Assembly (NCBI RefSeq): GCF_002113885.1
Contig: NW_018479978.1
Coordinates: 1-64,000, forward strand
Reading direction: 5' to 3'
DNA from: Mizuhopecten yessoensis
Taxonomy: Eukaryota
DNA length: 64,000 nucleotides
A program made the translations under genes and the position numbers. Shown here in pieces: positions 53,781-64,000 of the stretch; positions within the stretch are counted from its first letter, which is position 1; every line of letters begins with the position of its first letter. The notes under the pieces are model-generated. The model was not told the origin of the DNA and ran no database searches. It saw nothing but the letters and a program-made list of their open reading frames with translations.

Positions 53781-54132
53781 TGTAGCGGAAATGGACTGGG
53801 TGGATCGTCAGTGACCAGAGGGTTTGAGGGTCCCCAGTTCGAACCCGGTCTGGCCATGCATTTTTTCCTCTCCTGTTACAGTGGTGCCTGTGACCAACCC
53901 TTGTTTCAAGCAATTGGTGTTTGCTTTGCAAGGGGATACCCGAACCTGGTTTGTAAATAGTTGTGTTTACGCGGGTGAATACTTAGAAAAAGGAGGGAGG
54001 AATGTAGCGGAACTGGACTGTGGGTCGATTGTCGGCGACCAGGTAGCTCAATTGGTTGAGCGTCTGTGCAGAGTATGGCGGGTCCTGCGTTCGAACCCTG
54101 GTCTGTTCGTGCATTTTTCCACTCCTGTTACA
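53781..54132 (+). mobile_element. TRIM with tRNA-like pol III promoter in its LTRs (Helenus-type)
   Basis: LTRs 53781-53880 and 54003-54132 (TGTAGCGGAA..TCCTGTTACA). TSD TCTG at 53777-53780 and 54133-54136. PBS TGGTGCCTGTGACC from 53882 (tRNA-His-like) and PPT AGAAAAAGGAGGGAGGAA at 53985-54002. A box TAGCTCAATTGG at 54044-54055 and B box GTTCGAACC at 54089-54097. Confidence 0.9.
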
Positions 54133-54199
54133 TCTGTATTAACAAGGCCTGGAAATTGTTCAGAGACTATTTTACAGATGCTTTAGACCTGATGTGGCT

Positions 54200-54720
54200 T
54201 TCATAAAAGAAATTCGCCTAAAACAACGTACTGAACCCTGGATGACCTCTGAAATTCTTGACCTCATATCTTCAAGAGGAGTCACAATCCTGATTTATAT
54301 GAAGAATTTTGCCATCTCAGAAATAAACTTCAAAAACTTGTTAAAAAAGCAATTATTTTGAAAATAAAATCGAAGAAAATAAAGGCAATTCTAAAAACAT
54401 GTGGAAACAATTTAAGGGCCTGGGATATGAAAGGAGTTAGAAATCAAACCCCAAAACAGTTCTCAATATTGATGGTGTAAACTGTCATGATGACTTTACA
54501 GTAGCCTACCATTTTAACAATTTTTTGTATTACTGTTGCTTCTAAATTGGTTGAAAAACTTCCATTGTGTAAAGGCTTGTACCATTATACATTAAAGTTG
54601 TTTAAGGATTTTTATACTAAAAGAAACCCGAAAGAGATTAAATTTCATCTTCATTATGTCTCGGAAGAGTTTGTGTATAGGGAGTTATGCAATTTGAGTA
54701 TATATGTAAAAGTACAGGTT
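54200..54720 (+). mobile_element. Degenerate LINE ORF2 fragment (endonuclease-RT linker)
   Basis: Reads ..NKIEENKGNSKNMWKQFKGLGY.. and ..VSEEFVYRELCNL.., with frameshifts. Confidence 0.6.
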
Positions 54721-54723
54721 TAG

Positions 54724-54760
<37 letters not shown>
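54724..54760. repeat. (ATC)n microsatellite
   Basis: About 12 ATC units. Confidence 0.9.
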
Positions 54761-55469
54761 ACAACAGCAATCATCATCAACATTAACTACATCATAAGGC
54801 CAGATAAAAAAGTGTTTTTTGTTTCCCGTTTCCCTACTCTTACCAACATTTATGTGCCTATATAAGCCTACTCAGTTTTTTTTAGATATGTAACAGAAAA
54901 TCAATATGTTTGGCCTCATCATCATTATCATCATCATCTGACAAAGTCTTGTTGTTGTAAATTTTTGGGCGAAATTGAAATCTGATATGGCCGCTTCCGG
55001 GAACTTTCAATCGCTTGTCAACGAAACAGGTGAGTGTTAGCATCAACGATACACGGTATTTACATGTCCCATGGGCCTCTTGTTATTTTGAATGACTGAC
55101 GGAAATGATTTACATAAGCATTATCCAATGACCTCCTATCATGTATCTAGAAACCAATCCTACAATTAGAAATGCTAGATGACCTTCTTACACTATTTAG
55201 AAACCAGTCAGACCTTTTCTATTTTCATCTTCATCAACACGTGAATGTTTTGTTTCCATCTCCGTTTTTGGTTTGTGTTTAGTATCACGGTAGCATGTAA
55301 AGTTAGGAATATACTGTTTTATGATAAAGTTTTAAAACACATATAAAAGTCGCAATTGAAATGAGAAAATGTTATATTTTTTTCAGTAAATTGTTTTTGT
55401 ACAAGAAGATGAAGAAACAGGAACATTAATTCGATGTTATTATAAAATACGAAAATAACACCGGCAAAT

Positions 55470-58400
55470 ATGGCGACGTCCAAGAAGAAGAAGAAAGTTG
55501 TTTCCAAAGATGATTTGAGACGTTTGATGAAAGAGAAAAAGGCAACCGTTGCTACAACTAAACGCATAGAGCACCAATTTGCCAAGTAATAGTTTTTCAT
55601 GATTTACATAGGGTGTCACATTTTTTCAAATCATAAAACCAGCGTATTCCTAGCTATATCGTCTAGTCATATGTTTCCGCGCGTTATGTATTTCCGCGCA
55701 GACATTTTATCAAGCTATATCTCGTAACTACGTGACCTGCTGGACACAACACAATGATATTTTAGACGTTTGGCCATTGTCTGTAAGCTGACACAAACAT
55801 TACCGGAAGTTCGTCCAAAAAACATCAGAAATAATCACTGATTAAAAAAACACGCATTAAAATATGCAATATGGCTGCCACACCAAACTGTGTATCAAAT
55901 TCAATAATGCATTATGTTAGCGTTAAACATTCCCTGTCACAAAATAATCCTCCTCCAATATTTCATATTTCTAAAACATAATTGAGGTACATGCACACTA
56001 AATTTCAGAAAAAAACATTCAATAACTGATGAAAAACTCACTTTTTATATGTTCATTTTCCATGCTAAATAAAAGTAACAATTCAGGAAAGAAACCATTT
56101 AAACTCGTAAATATCATAAGGTTGGATGTCCATGGAGATGCATTTGTCGAGAAAAATGTGAGAAAATGCTTCAAATCTCGAGAATGATTTCCATTAGTAG
56201 ATATAAGTACACATGTTTATGACAGTATGATCCGTAATTTCAACAGTTTTCTGCCGATATGAGTACAAAATCGCAGTTGCTTCTTAAGTGCGCGGAAACC
56301 GGTAACACAAGGAAACCACTGTCATATCGCCCCCCCCCCTCCGATTCCAGCAATTTAGTTCTGTTATCTTCGCTTCATTACCTGGAGCTAAGTGATCAAA
56401 ACCTGTGTGGATGGTTTGGCCCTTTTCAACCATATACCTTAACAGCTGTTTACAATATTCAAAAATGAAAATGAATAAATCTATAAAATGTTGCAACAGG
56501 AAAGGAAGTTGGACACAAAGACACACATGGGTAATAATCTTGTAGTAGGTCGATGAATAGCTACAGTATAGTGATAAAGATATTGCCGTCGCTGGGGCTC
56601 GAACCCGCTACTTTTGGCTCTTCAGCTCAATGCTCTACTGCTGATCCCTACAGCTGACGCTTGTATACATACAGGTCAGGGAAAACCACTAACTTGCATA
56701 TAATACCCAAACTCGCCTATTATATGCATTATAGGGGTATGGATTTGTTACTAAAAATAGCCAAAATCACTTTAATCTTGGCTATTTCATTTTTTATGTC
56801 CAAGTCAAATTTATTCAGTCATGAAACATAATACAAATGCAAAAATAAACTTTATTTGCATGTGGGAAAGTACCAAAAATAGATGCAATACTTACGGTAA
56901 AGTTACATCAAGTTTCTAAGTAGCCAACGCTTTCAGTAAATATGTTTTAGCAAAATATTATTTACCTTGTCGTAAATTAATGCGATTTTTAATAATATCC
57001 TGCAAAAGTTACTGTTAAAGCGATTTGGGTTATTTTTAGTAACAAATCCATACTCCAACTGGCGTATAATGCATTGCAAAGGCAAATGTTGTTATGAGAC
57101 TATATTACTATAACAATTTAACGTTTGCTATTGTAACGTCATCAATTTCATTGTTGTCAAAACTTGATTTGCGGTTAAAAAACTGTTCAAAATAACTGAA
57201 TAAAGCATAATTACCGGTACTCTTATCAAAATGTAAATATAAATAAATAATATTTTAGCAAATGTTGTTCTGGTCCACTCCTATACACTAGCACACATTT
57301 CTATTGCTGACAAACTTACCGTACATAAAGCCCTGTACTGTTGTGGTGTGGATATTGATATAACTGATCAGTAAAATATACTTGACGTAACCAAAGATTT
57401 TGTGTTATAGGTATAACAGTGTCGACCAGCTTGTGTGTGTAATTTGTAATACAGTAATTAAAAGTGGACAATTGTGGCCATCACATCTACAGAGCAGACA
57501 GCATAAAGAGGTAATACTGTGTAATCATCTTTTGGAATCATAATTCAAAGCATAATCAGGGGTGATGTTTGAATCAAAATATTTCATTTGTATCAGGTTT
57601 AAATAAGAAATTTCACCATATAGTATGAATACAAGAAAAAGTATAATTTACATTGTAATTTGAGAAAATTGAGATAAATCATTGACAAGAATAGGAAAAT
57701 AGGGGATTTTTTCAAATATTGATTATTTCTAATATGAAATTTGTTAATGTTTAGTTCATCTCTTTAAAAATATCCAATATTCTTCTGAAAAGTTGACATA
57801 CAATTTAGATTCAGGTTTCCTAACCAAGTAATTTTTATTGAAAAATTGTAAATATTTCTGGTTTTTTTGGATAAATTCTATACCTCAGTTTTTATACTGA
57901 ATTATTTAGAATGTACATGTATAAGCCAGATGAAGATGACCTTCTTTTCAGAAGTCACTTTTCTTACATTGAGTGAAAAAATGGTCTATTTTCAGAATTT
58001 TGGAAATATATATGTCCATAAAAAGTGATTGCTTTACCCAATTGAAGACATTTAAATCTTTTAATATGATTTTCCATAGAAATTAACTCAAGTGAAGCCA
58101 GCTGTGGACACTTTTACCACTGGTGTGAAGAGGGGTCTCCCACAGCAGTCAAACAGTCATGAAGATTCTAAAAGACTTAGAGGTACATTTACTCACATAT
58201 CTTATTTACTAAGTTAAAGTGATATTGTATTTGTTCTTAAAACATTCTTGTGATGCCATCCATTGTTATAATTGTCCATTATATAGAATATGAGTACTGT
58301 TATATGCATAACTGTCCAATATGTTACAAAAACTGTCCAATAAGATCATAAAACTGTCCAATATTTTAATATTGTACAGTTTGTTAAAAATAACGGACAT

Positions 58401-61164
58401 GTTTTTGGACCAGTTTAAGTAGAACATAGAAACTGGAGCATGACAATATATCCATCAAAATTTAATTGCATTATTGAAACAATACAAAATTGACACAAGG
58501 GTGATCAATCCACTGGATATATACAGGTAAATCCACTGTTACAGATACAATGTACTCCCTTTTAGAATCTTAGGGTAAATGACACCTCACCCGCGCTAAC
58601 AGATAACTCCCTATTATTAGTATTAGTATTACTGGAGTCAGCAAGTTTTAATTTTTTCACTGGTGATGCCATATTTTCAATTCCTTGCACAACACTGCTA
58701 ACATTTGCCAGCTGCGCATCACATGTACGCTTATATGAACGAATGGCCGCTGACCGATGTCCAGTTTTTTCTGCCACTAATTGTTCGTCGAATCCTGCCT
58801 TATAGAGGCGTGTCGCAGCAGTCGCTCGTAGGGAATGGTTAGTGAAATATCCTTTAAATCCAGCCTCCTCACACAACTTCCCCACTGTCTGCTGCAAGAT
58901 ATGTACACCCAGTGGAGAATCACAGTACCAACAGTCCGGGCTGGGGGTCTTCTTTGGCCTTAGGTACAATGCACTGCATTTTCCGGTTTTTGGTCTGGAA
59001 GATTTTTAAATTGTAAACCTTAACAGTTAGAATGAAAAGGAAAATTGAAATTTTGTTTTAAAAAGGTAAAGTTCTATTTTCCAACATAATTAGGTCAAAA
59101 AAAAAATTTTTTCGAAATTCTGGACACATATATATATATTTTTTTTTTCAAATTTTAATTTTAATAAATGTGCTGTTATATTTAGCCACTGGATTTTATG
59201 ATAAGCGTTGCGCAATAACAATACATCTTAATACGGTATGATTATATTATATAACTTCTGTATTTACCTTAGGCTCATGAATTTCTGGTATATCTTCACA
59301 GGACATTGGTCTGGAAGTACTGTGTTTTCATAGGCCCTTGTAACTTTTGGTGTCACCTTACGATGGAGAAGTCCTCCGGCATTAGTTTTTGATACATCTT
59401 CTCTGTATTCCAAATATGTTTTGCCATCAGAATCCTGTTTCACTGTAATTTGACTATAAGGTCCACATCTAAGATTCCTATGTTCTTGGCCTGCTCTCAA
59501 TGCAAAATTCAAACCCAGTTGATACACTAATGTGTTTAAAAGTTTTTCTGGTGTGTCTGTCCCCAAGACACCTTTCTCCACATTAACTGCTCTTGTTCTT
59601 CCGTTATAATTTCTGCCTGCTTTTTGTTTATTCCCAAACCTTGTTTTGCGAGGTTTTTCATCCAGGCGTCTAGTACCCCTCTCAGTCCTGCAAACTCTGT
59701 ATCATCCAAAATATTCACAAAACGTCCATTTTGCCGAAAATAATGTTGTATAGATATAATTAATTCATACAGTGTGTTTGGTCTGTACTCCTCACCATTC
59801 TTATTTCGAACTTCAGCTACAAAATAAGTCAGAGCCTCATTAATATCGGAGACAGGTAAATCCAGTAAGTTGTTAGGAAAGTTTTTCAGCTTTTCATTGT
59901 TTTTGGATTGTATCAGTCGCTGTTCAATCCATGAATCAAAAACTTTTAAAGCCCATTTCGTTTTGTTTTCTGTGTTTACACATGATTCTCCAGCAACAAT
60001 TTTTTTCAAATCACCATCCTGCATGGGAATTGCAAATCGTCGCCGTGTTTCAACTTCTTCAACAACTTGAGTTATTTCTGTCATTTCATCTTCCGAGATG
60101 TCTGAGAACATCTCACTTAAAATGTTGAAATTTGGCCGAGGTGTAATATTTTCCTTCTGTAAATCCAGGACATCACTTAATATCTCATCTGTATCTACAA
60201 CAGTATTTTCTGTTGTAAATGTTGACTGTGTTAAAAATACTCCTTCACTATCGGAACTCATGATTGGAATGAGATAAGTACTATACCTGGGTGTATTTCA
60301 TACCTGGTATATGCAGTTGCATACAAATCATGCAAAGTGAGATTGATATACATGACTGACCTCAGTATACAGTGTAGTTGAAAAACTGTCCAATATGTTA
60401 TGAATAGCTTTCACGGTAATTGATTCATAGTGAAACTGTCCAATATTATCACAATGCACCAAAACACTGATCACAATTGATACAATAGGGGACATGTTTT
60501 AAGTAAGATATAAGCCTAAAACTGTCTATTATGTAAAATATTGGACAGTCTGAGGCGCTAAACTGTCCAATATTTTACATAATAGACAGTTTTCGGCTTA
60601 TATCCTTTACATAATGAGTTAATGTATAATGATAGAAATAGAAAATAGAGAAATTCTATGTTTTCAGTGCCAGATGCTGATTTGTACAGGTCATATTTGT
60701 TTGCCTTATTTGATCTTTTAATCCTTCAAATTTATGCCTTAATGGGATATTAAACTTAAGTGGAATTTCTTCCAAGGCCTGCAAAATTACTATATACTCC
60801 CCTGCTTAGACAAGACATTCTTAGAAAATACCTTTTAAATTTCATATGTAGAGAGTACAAATAGCTTAGTACTTACTGTTCAGTTTATTTGACATGGGAT
60901 GTGGTTATACAAATATATGTTATAGATACTATTAAAGACTGTTCGGGTTCAGTAAAACCCTTTTGTATTTGTATGTTTGCTGTGTTTTGCTGCAATCATA
61001 TAATTGTCAAATTATTTATATTACATGTATATGCATAATAATACTTTGTATGTATTTTTTGAGTCTGGTATAGAGGGCTTATGTATAAGCCCTGAACTGG
61101 AAATAAACTTATCTTATCTTATTACAGGAAATGGTCAATCAGCCAAATCTTCAACAAATTCGGG
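55470..61164 (+). CDS. ZNF830: Zinc finger protein 830 (CCDC16), 5' part; continues beyond the last exon found
   Basis: Exons 55470-55585 (MATSKKKKKVVSKDDLRRLMKEKK..KRIEHQFAK), 57411-57510 (YNSVDQLVCVICNTVIKSGQLWPSHLQSRQHKE, C2H2 finger), 58080-58182 and a probable 37-nt exon at 61128-61164. The LRRLMKEK..RIE..FAKYN..C..C..W..H....H motif is characteristic of ZNF830. Confidence 0.88.
56734..57056. mobile_element. MITE-like inverted-repeat element in ZNF830 intron 1
   Basis: About 42-bp imperfect inverted repeat, 56734-56775 / 57015-57056 (GTATGGATTTGTTACTAAAAATA). Confidence 0.6.
58230..60615 (-). mobile_element. Crypton DNA transposon inside ZNF830 intron 3 (antisense)
   Basis: The YR gene is flanked by AACTGTCCAATA boxes (58310, 58331, 58352; 60384, 60434, 60561) and a hairpin with 43-bp arms (60507-60549 / 60562-60604). 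Boundaries are approximate and no TSD was seen. Confidence 0.8.
58562..60261 (-). pseudogene. Crypton-type tyrosine recombinase (DUF3504/ZMYM-QRICH1-like plus integrase core), 2 exons, one 1-nt frameshift
   Basis: Exon 60261-59268, GT-AG intron 59267-58995, exon 58994-58562. The frame shifts at about 59578 (ATG TGG AGA AAG where W-E-K-G-V-L-G is expected); adding one G gives 475 aa. Catalytic residues are present: FALRAGQEH (R), NHSLR (HxxR), TGHRS (H) and RSYKR (Y). Confidence 0.9.
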
Positions 61165-61489
61165 GTGAGTAAACTGGTCAGGTTATAATAATATATCAAA
61201 TAAATTTGTCTTGCAATTAATAGTTTATAATGATTGATAATTTCAAAAACAAGGCTACCTGGTTTAATATATCAACAGAAGGAACAGCATGAGTGCCTTA
61301 TACATGTATTATCAAACGTCAACCAAACTGATTTGCAAAACAGGTAAGCCATATAAACAATAGAAATGTGGTACATGTAGTACAATTTTTGACAGGCACA
61401 GTCTGTTAGAACAATATTAATCACATGTAAAATAGAAAATGATTTACCTGACTTCAGAATGTTTGAAAGTCATCCAAGTTTTCCAGCAT

Positions 61490-62063
61490 GGCCAACACAT
61501 CATGCTAATTGACTACAGGTCATCGTCAAGGATAATACCCTGGCCGACACATCATGCTAATTGACTATAGGTCATCGTCAAGGATAATACCCTGGCCGAC
61601 ACATCATGCTAATTGACTATAGGTCATCGTCAAGGATAATACCCTGGCCGACACATCATGCTAATTGACTCCAGGTCATCGTCAAGGATAACACCATGGC
61701 CGACACATCATGCTAATTGACTCCAGGTCATCGTCAAGGATAATACCATGGCCGACACATCATGCTAAGTGACTACAGGTCATCGGAAAGGATAATACCA
61801 TGGCCGACACATCATGCTAAGTGACTACAGGTCATCCTCAAGGATAATACCATGGCCGACCCATCATGCTAAGTGACTACAGGCCATCATCAAGGATAAT
61901 ACCATTGCCGACACATCATGCTAAGTGACTACAGGTCATCGTCATGGATAATACCATGGCCGACACATCATTCTAAGTGACTTCAGGTCATCGTCAAGGA
62001 TAATTCCATGGCCGACACATCATGCTAAGTGACTACAGGTCATCGTCAAGGATAATACCATTG
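61490..62063. repeat. 52-bp minisatellite, about 11 copies
   Basis: GGCCGACACATCATGCTAA(T/G)TGACTACAGGTCATCGTCAAGGATAATACCAT at 61542, 61594 and onward. Confidence 0.95.
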
Positions 62064-62700
62064 GGCACTTTATTCCAATATTGATATGCAAACAGAAGGA
62101 GGAAGTAGAAAAGTATAGAAATTGGGTCAAAGGTCAGGGTTGTATTGCTTAGTTTAAAGGGTTTTGAATTATGAAAACCTCTCATCACAAAAGTGAAAAC
62201 TTTCAAGGTCCTTAACCAAGATTTTAGAAAGACTGCAATGGTGGAAAGTCAAAATTCAAGGTTGCAAGGCAATCTTTTTGAAATGCATGCATGGAATTTA
62301 GTTGTTGGAAGAAAAAAACCAGTGTAATAAAATTGTGCCTTCTTGTATGGAAAGCCGTTATTTGGTACCAGAACTTAAGAGTTCGATCAAGTACAAGGAT
62401 GGTGTTTATTCAGTTACATACCATATACATATCAGTATACAGAATTCAATTACGTACAATTTACATATCAGTATACTGAATACAATTACATAATCCCGTC
62501 ACCAAAGCATATGAGTCGAGTCGTACTATGCTATCATGAAAATCCTACTTGAACAATACAGTATAGCTATCATAAACACGAGGAATAATTTATCAATAAT
62601 GAAATATATGCTCGGGAGCTTAACCGTTAAAAATAAGCCTTACATGTACATTGTTTTCCTGTGAGTTCGAATTCACGACTCACCACAGGTTATGATTAAT

Positions 62701-63050
62701 AGAATCTTTCACCCCTTGGGGGTGAGATAGGAGAATCTCAACCCGAGGGGGAGGATTCTTAAGTTGCCAAACACGAGGCTTTGCCGAGTGTTTGGCAACT
62801 AAAGAATCTTTCCCCGAGGGTTGAGATTCCACTATCTCACCCACAAGGGGGTGAATGATTCTTTTTCTCTTACCCTGTTCTTTCATTGTGTATCATATGC
62901 ACAATGTAATGATAACGTTACATGCTAAATTCAGGGTTGACGTGACGTTGATGGATTGTTGACNCCCCCCCCCCCGTCTCAGCCCTAGGGTGAGACAAGG
63001 AAATCTCACACCGGTAAAAATGTGGATACACCTGTCCAGGGTAAGAGAAA
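62701..63050. mobile_element. Hairpin-terminated non-autonomous element (Crypton-like MITE)
   Basis: About 75-bp inverted arms (62701-62774 / 62788-62862) around CGAGGCTTTGCCGAG, plus a second inverted pair TTTCTCTTACCCTG (62864-62877) / CAGGGTAAGAGAAA (63037-63050). Confidence 0.65.
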
Positions 63051-64000
63051 GATTTATCTATGTCTTACAAGTTTCTTTAGTTTCCCGTGAGACCGACTTC
63101 ACGGTTCAACACAGGTTATAACATATAGATTTATCTAGATCTTAAACATAATTACTTTCTTGTGACTCCGCATTACCTGGCTCACACAAGTTATCGAAAT
63201 ATTTTCAAATAATCCTTAAGTTAGTATTTGTAACTTATTTTTCTCCGAGCCCGACTTCATGGTTCACCAAAGGTTATAAATATGAATTTGAAATATATAA
63301 ATACTACATTAAACTAAATAGAGTGTAATTTCAATACTAAAAAGTTTCTATAAAAAATTCCCTACCTTTCACAAGAGTTGTACCTCGCTTGGTACACTCA
63401 GGATCTCTACGAGCTCGACTGATTCAAAACACACTGCAATCCGCATTTATATCGACTAGCGTGTGCCACAATGGTAACGCTAAATAACAAAACATTCTTA
63501 AAGTACAATTTTACAATTACATATGTATTTCTTTTATATGGACAAAATCAGTACGAATTACAAAGACTGTTATCTTTAACGTATAATACTATATATAGCT
63601 GACGAAATAACCAGGAAGTTACGTCACATATACAACGACATAAACTGTCAATACATTGCAGGAAAGTTTGACGTCCGACTTTGTGAAAGCATATAAAATT
63701 ACTTTCTTGACGATTATAAAGGTATTGTTGATAGCACATTGACATAAAGATACACTAGTAATCTGTAATACGATTTTAGCAAGCTATATAAAGAATTACT
63801 CTCTTTATAAGATAATATAAACAAGTGCAAATTATGTTACTATTATAAAGAATGTCAACAAATCCCAGTTTCACAACACCCAGTAAATAAACATGGATTG
63901 TTTGGTTGCTTAACATTACAAAATGACTTTCTTAAAAAGATTGGTTGACAAAAATTCAGAGGCAAATATTTAAGGCCCTGCATCAGAGATTTTGGTGCTC

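Noticed and set aside
53824-54186. 120-aa ORF as a protein-coding gene
   Set aside because: It runs across the TRIM LTRs and interior and resembles no protein family I recognise.
59570-59590. Programmed ribosomal frameshift in the recombinase
   Set aside because: There is no X XXY YYZ slippery heptamer at the junction. A single-base deletion or an assembly error is simpler.
58562-60261. Host ZMYM/QRICH1/KCTD1 gene or bacterial/phage integrase contamination
   Set aside because: It has no MYM fingers or BTB domain, retains the catalytic residues, contains a spliceosomal intron, has terminal repeat structures, and lies inside a host intron. Crypton fits best.
61490-62063. Regular repeat arrays (also 31392-31790, 36010-37860, 46198-46540) as CRISPR arrays
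   Set aside because: The units are head-to-tail with no unique spacers, there are no cas genes, and the context is eukaryotic. These are minisatellites.

Overview
AT-rich, intron-containing animal genomic DNA. The repeat content suggests a lophotrochozoan, probably a bivalve mollusc. Five spliced host genes can be rebuilt by hand from GT-AG boundaries: the last 6 exons of FNTB (+), complete MAX (-, 165 aa), complete FUT8 (+, 573 aa), complete MGME1 (-, 411 aa) and the 5' exons of ZNF830 (+). FNTB>/<MAX/FUT8> has the same order and orientation as in human, which suggests ancient microsynteny. The most unusual signals are mobile elements. (1) A 436-bp miniature LTR element (TRIM) at 7063-7498 has LTRs carrying a 5S rRNA internal-promoter-like segment, a tRNA-Leu PBS and a 4-bp TSD. 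(2) A second TRIM at 53781-54132 has LTRs carrying a tRNA-like A/B-box, a tRNA-His-like PBS, a PPT and a 4-bp TSD. (3) A near-intact spliced Crypton tyrosine-recombinase transposon sits in a ZNF830 intron. It has one 1-nt frameshift, a 43-bp terminal hairpin and repeated AACTGTCCAATA boxes, and hairpin elements elsewhere in the window look like non-autonomous relatives. Many SINE/LINE fragments, Helentron-like elements, MITEs and minisatellites fill the introns and UTRs. All homology calls come from recognition of sequence; no database searches were run.
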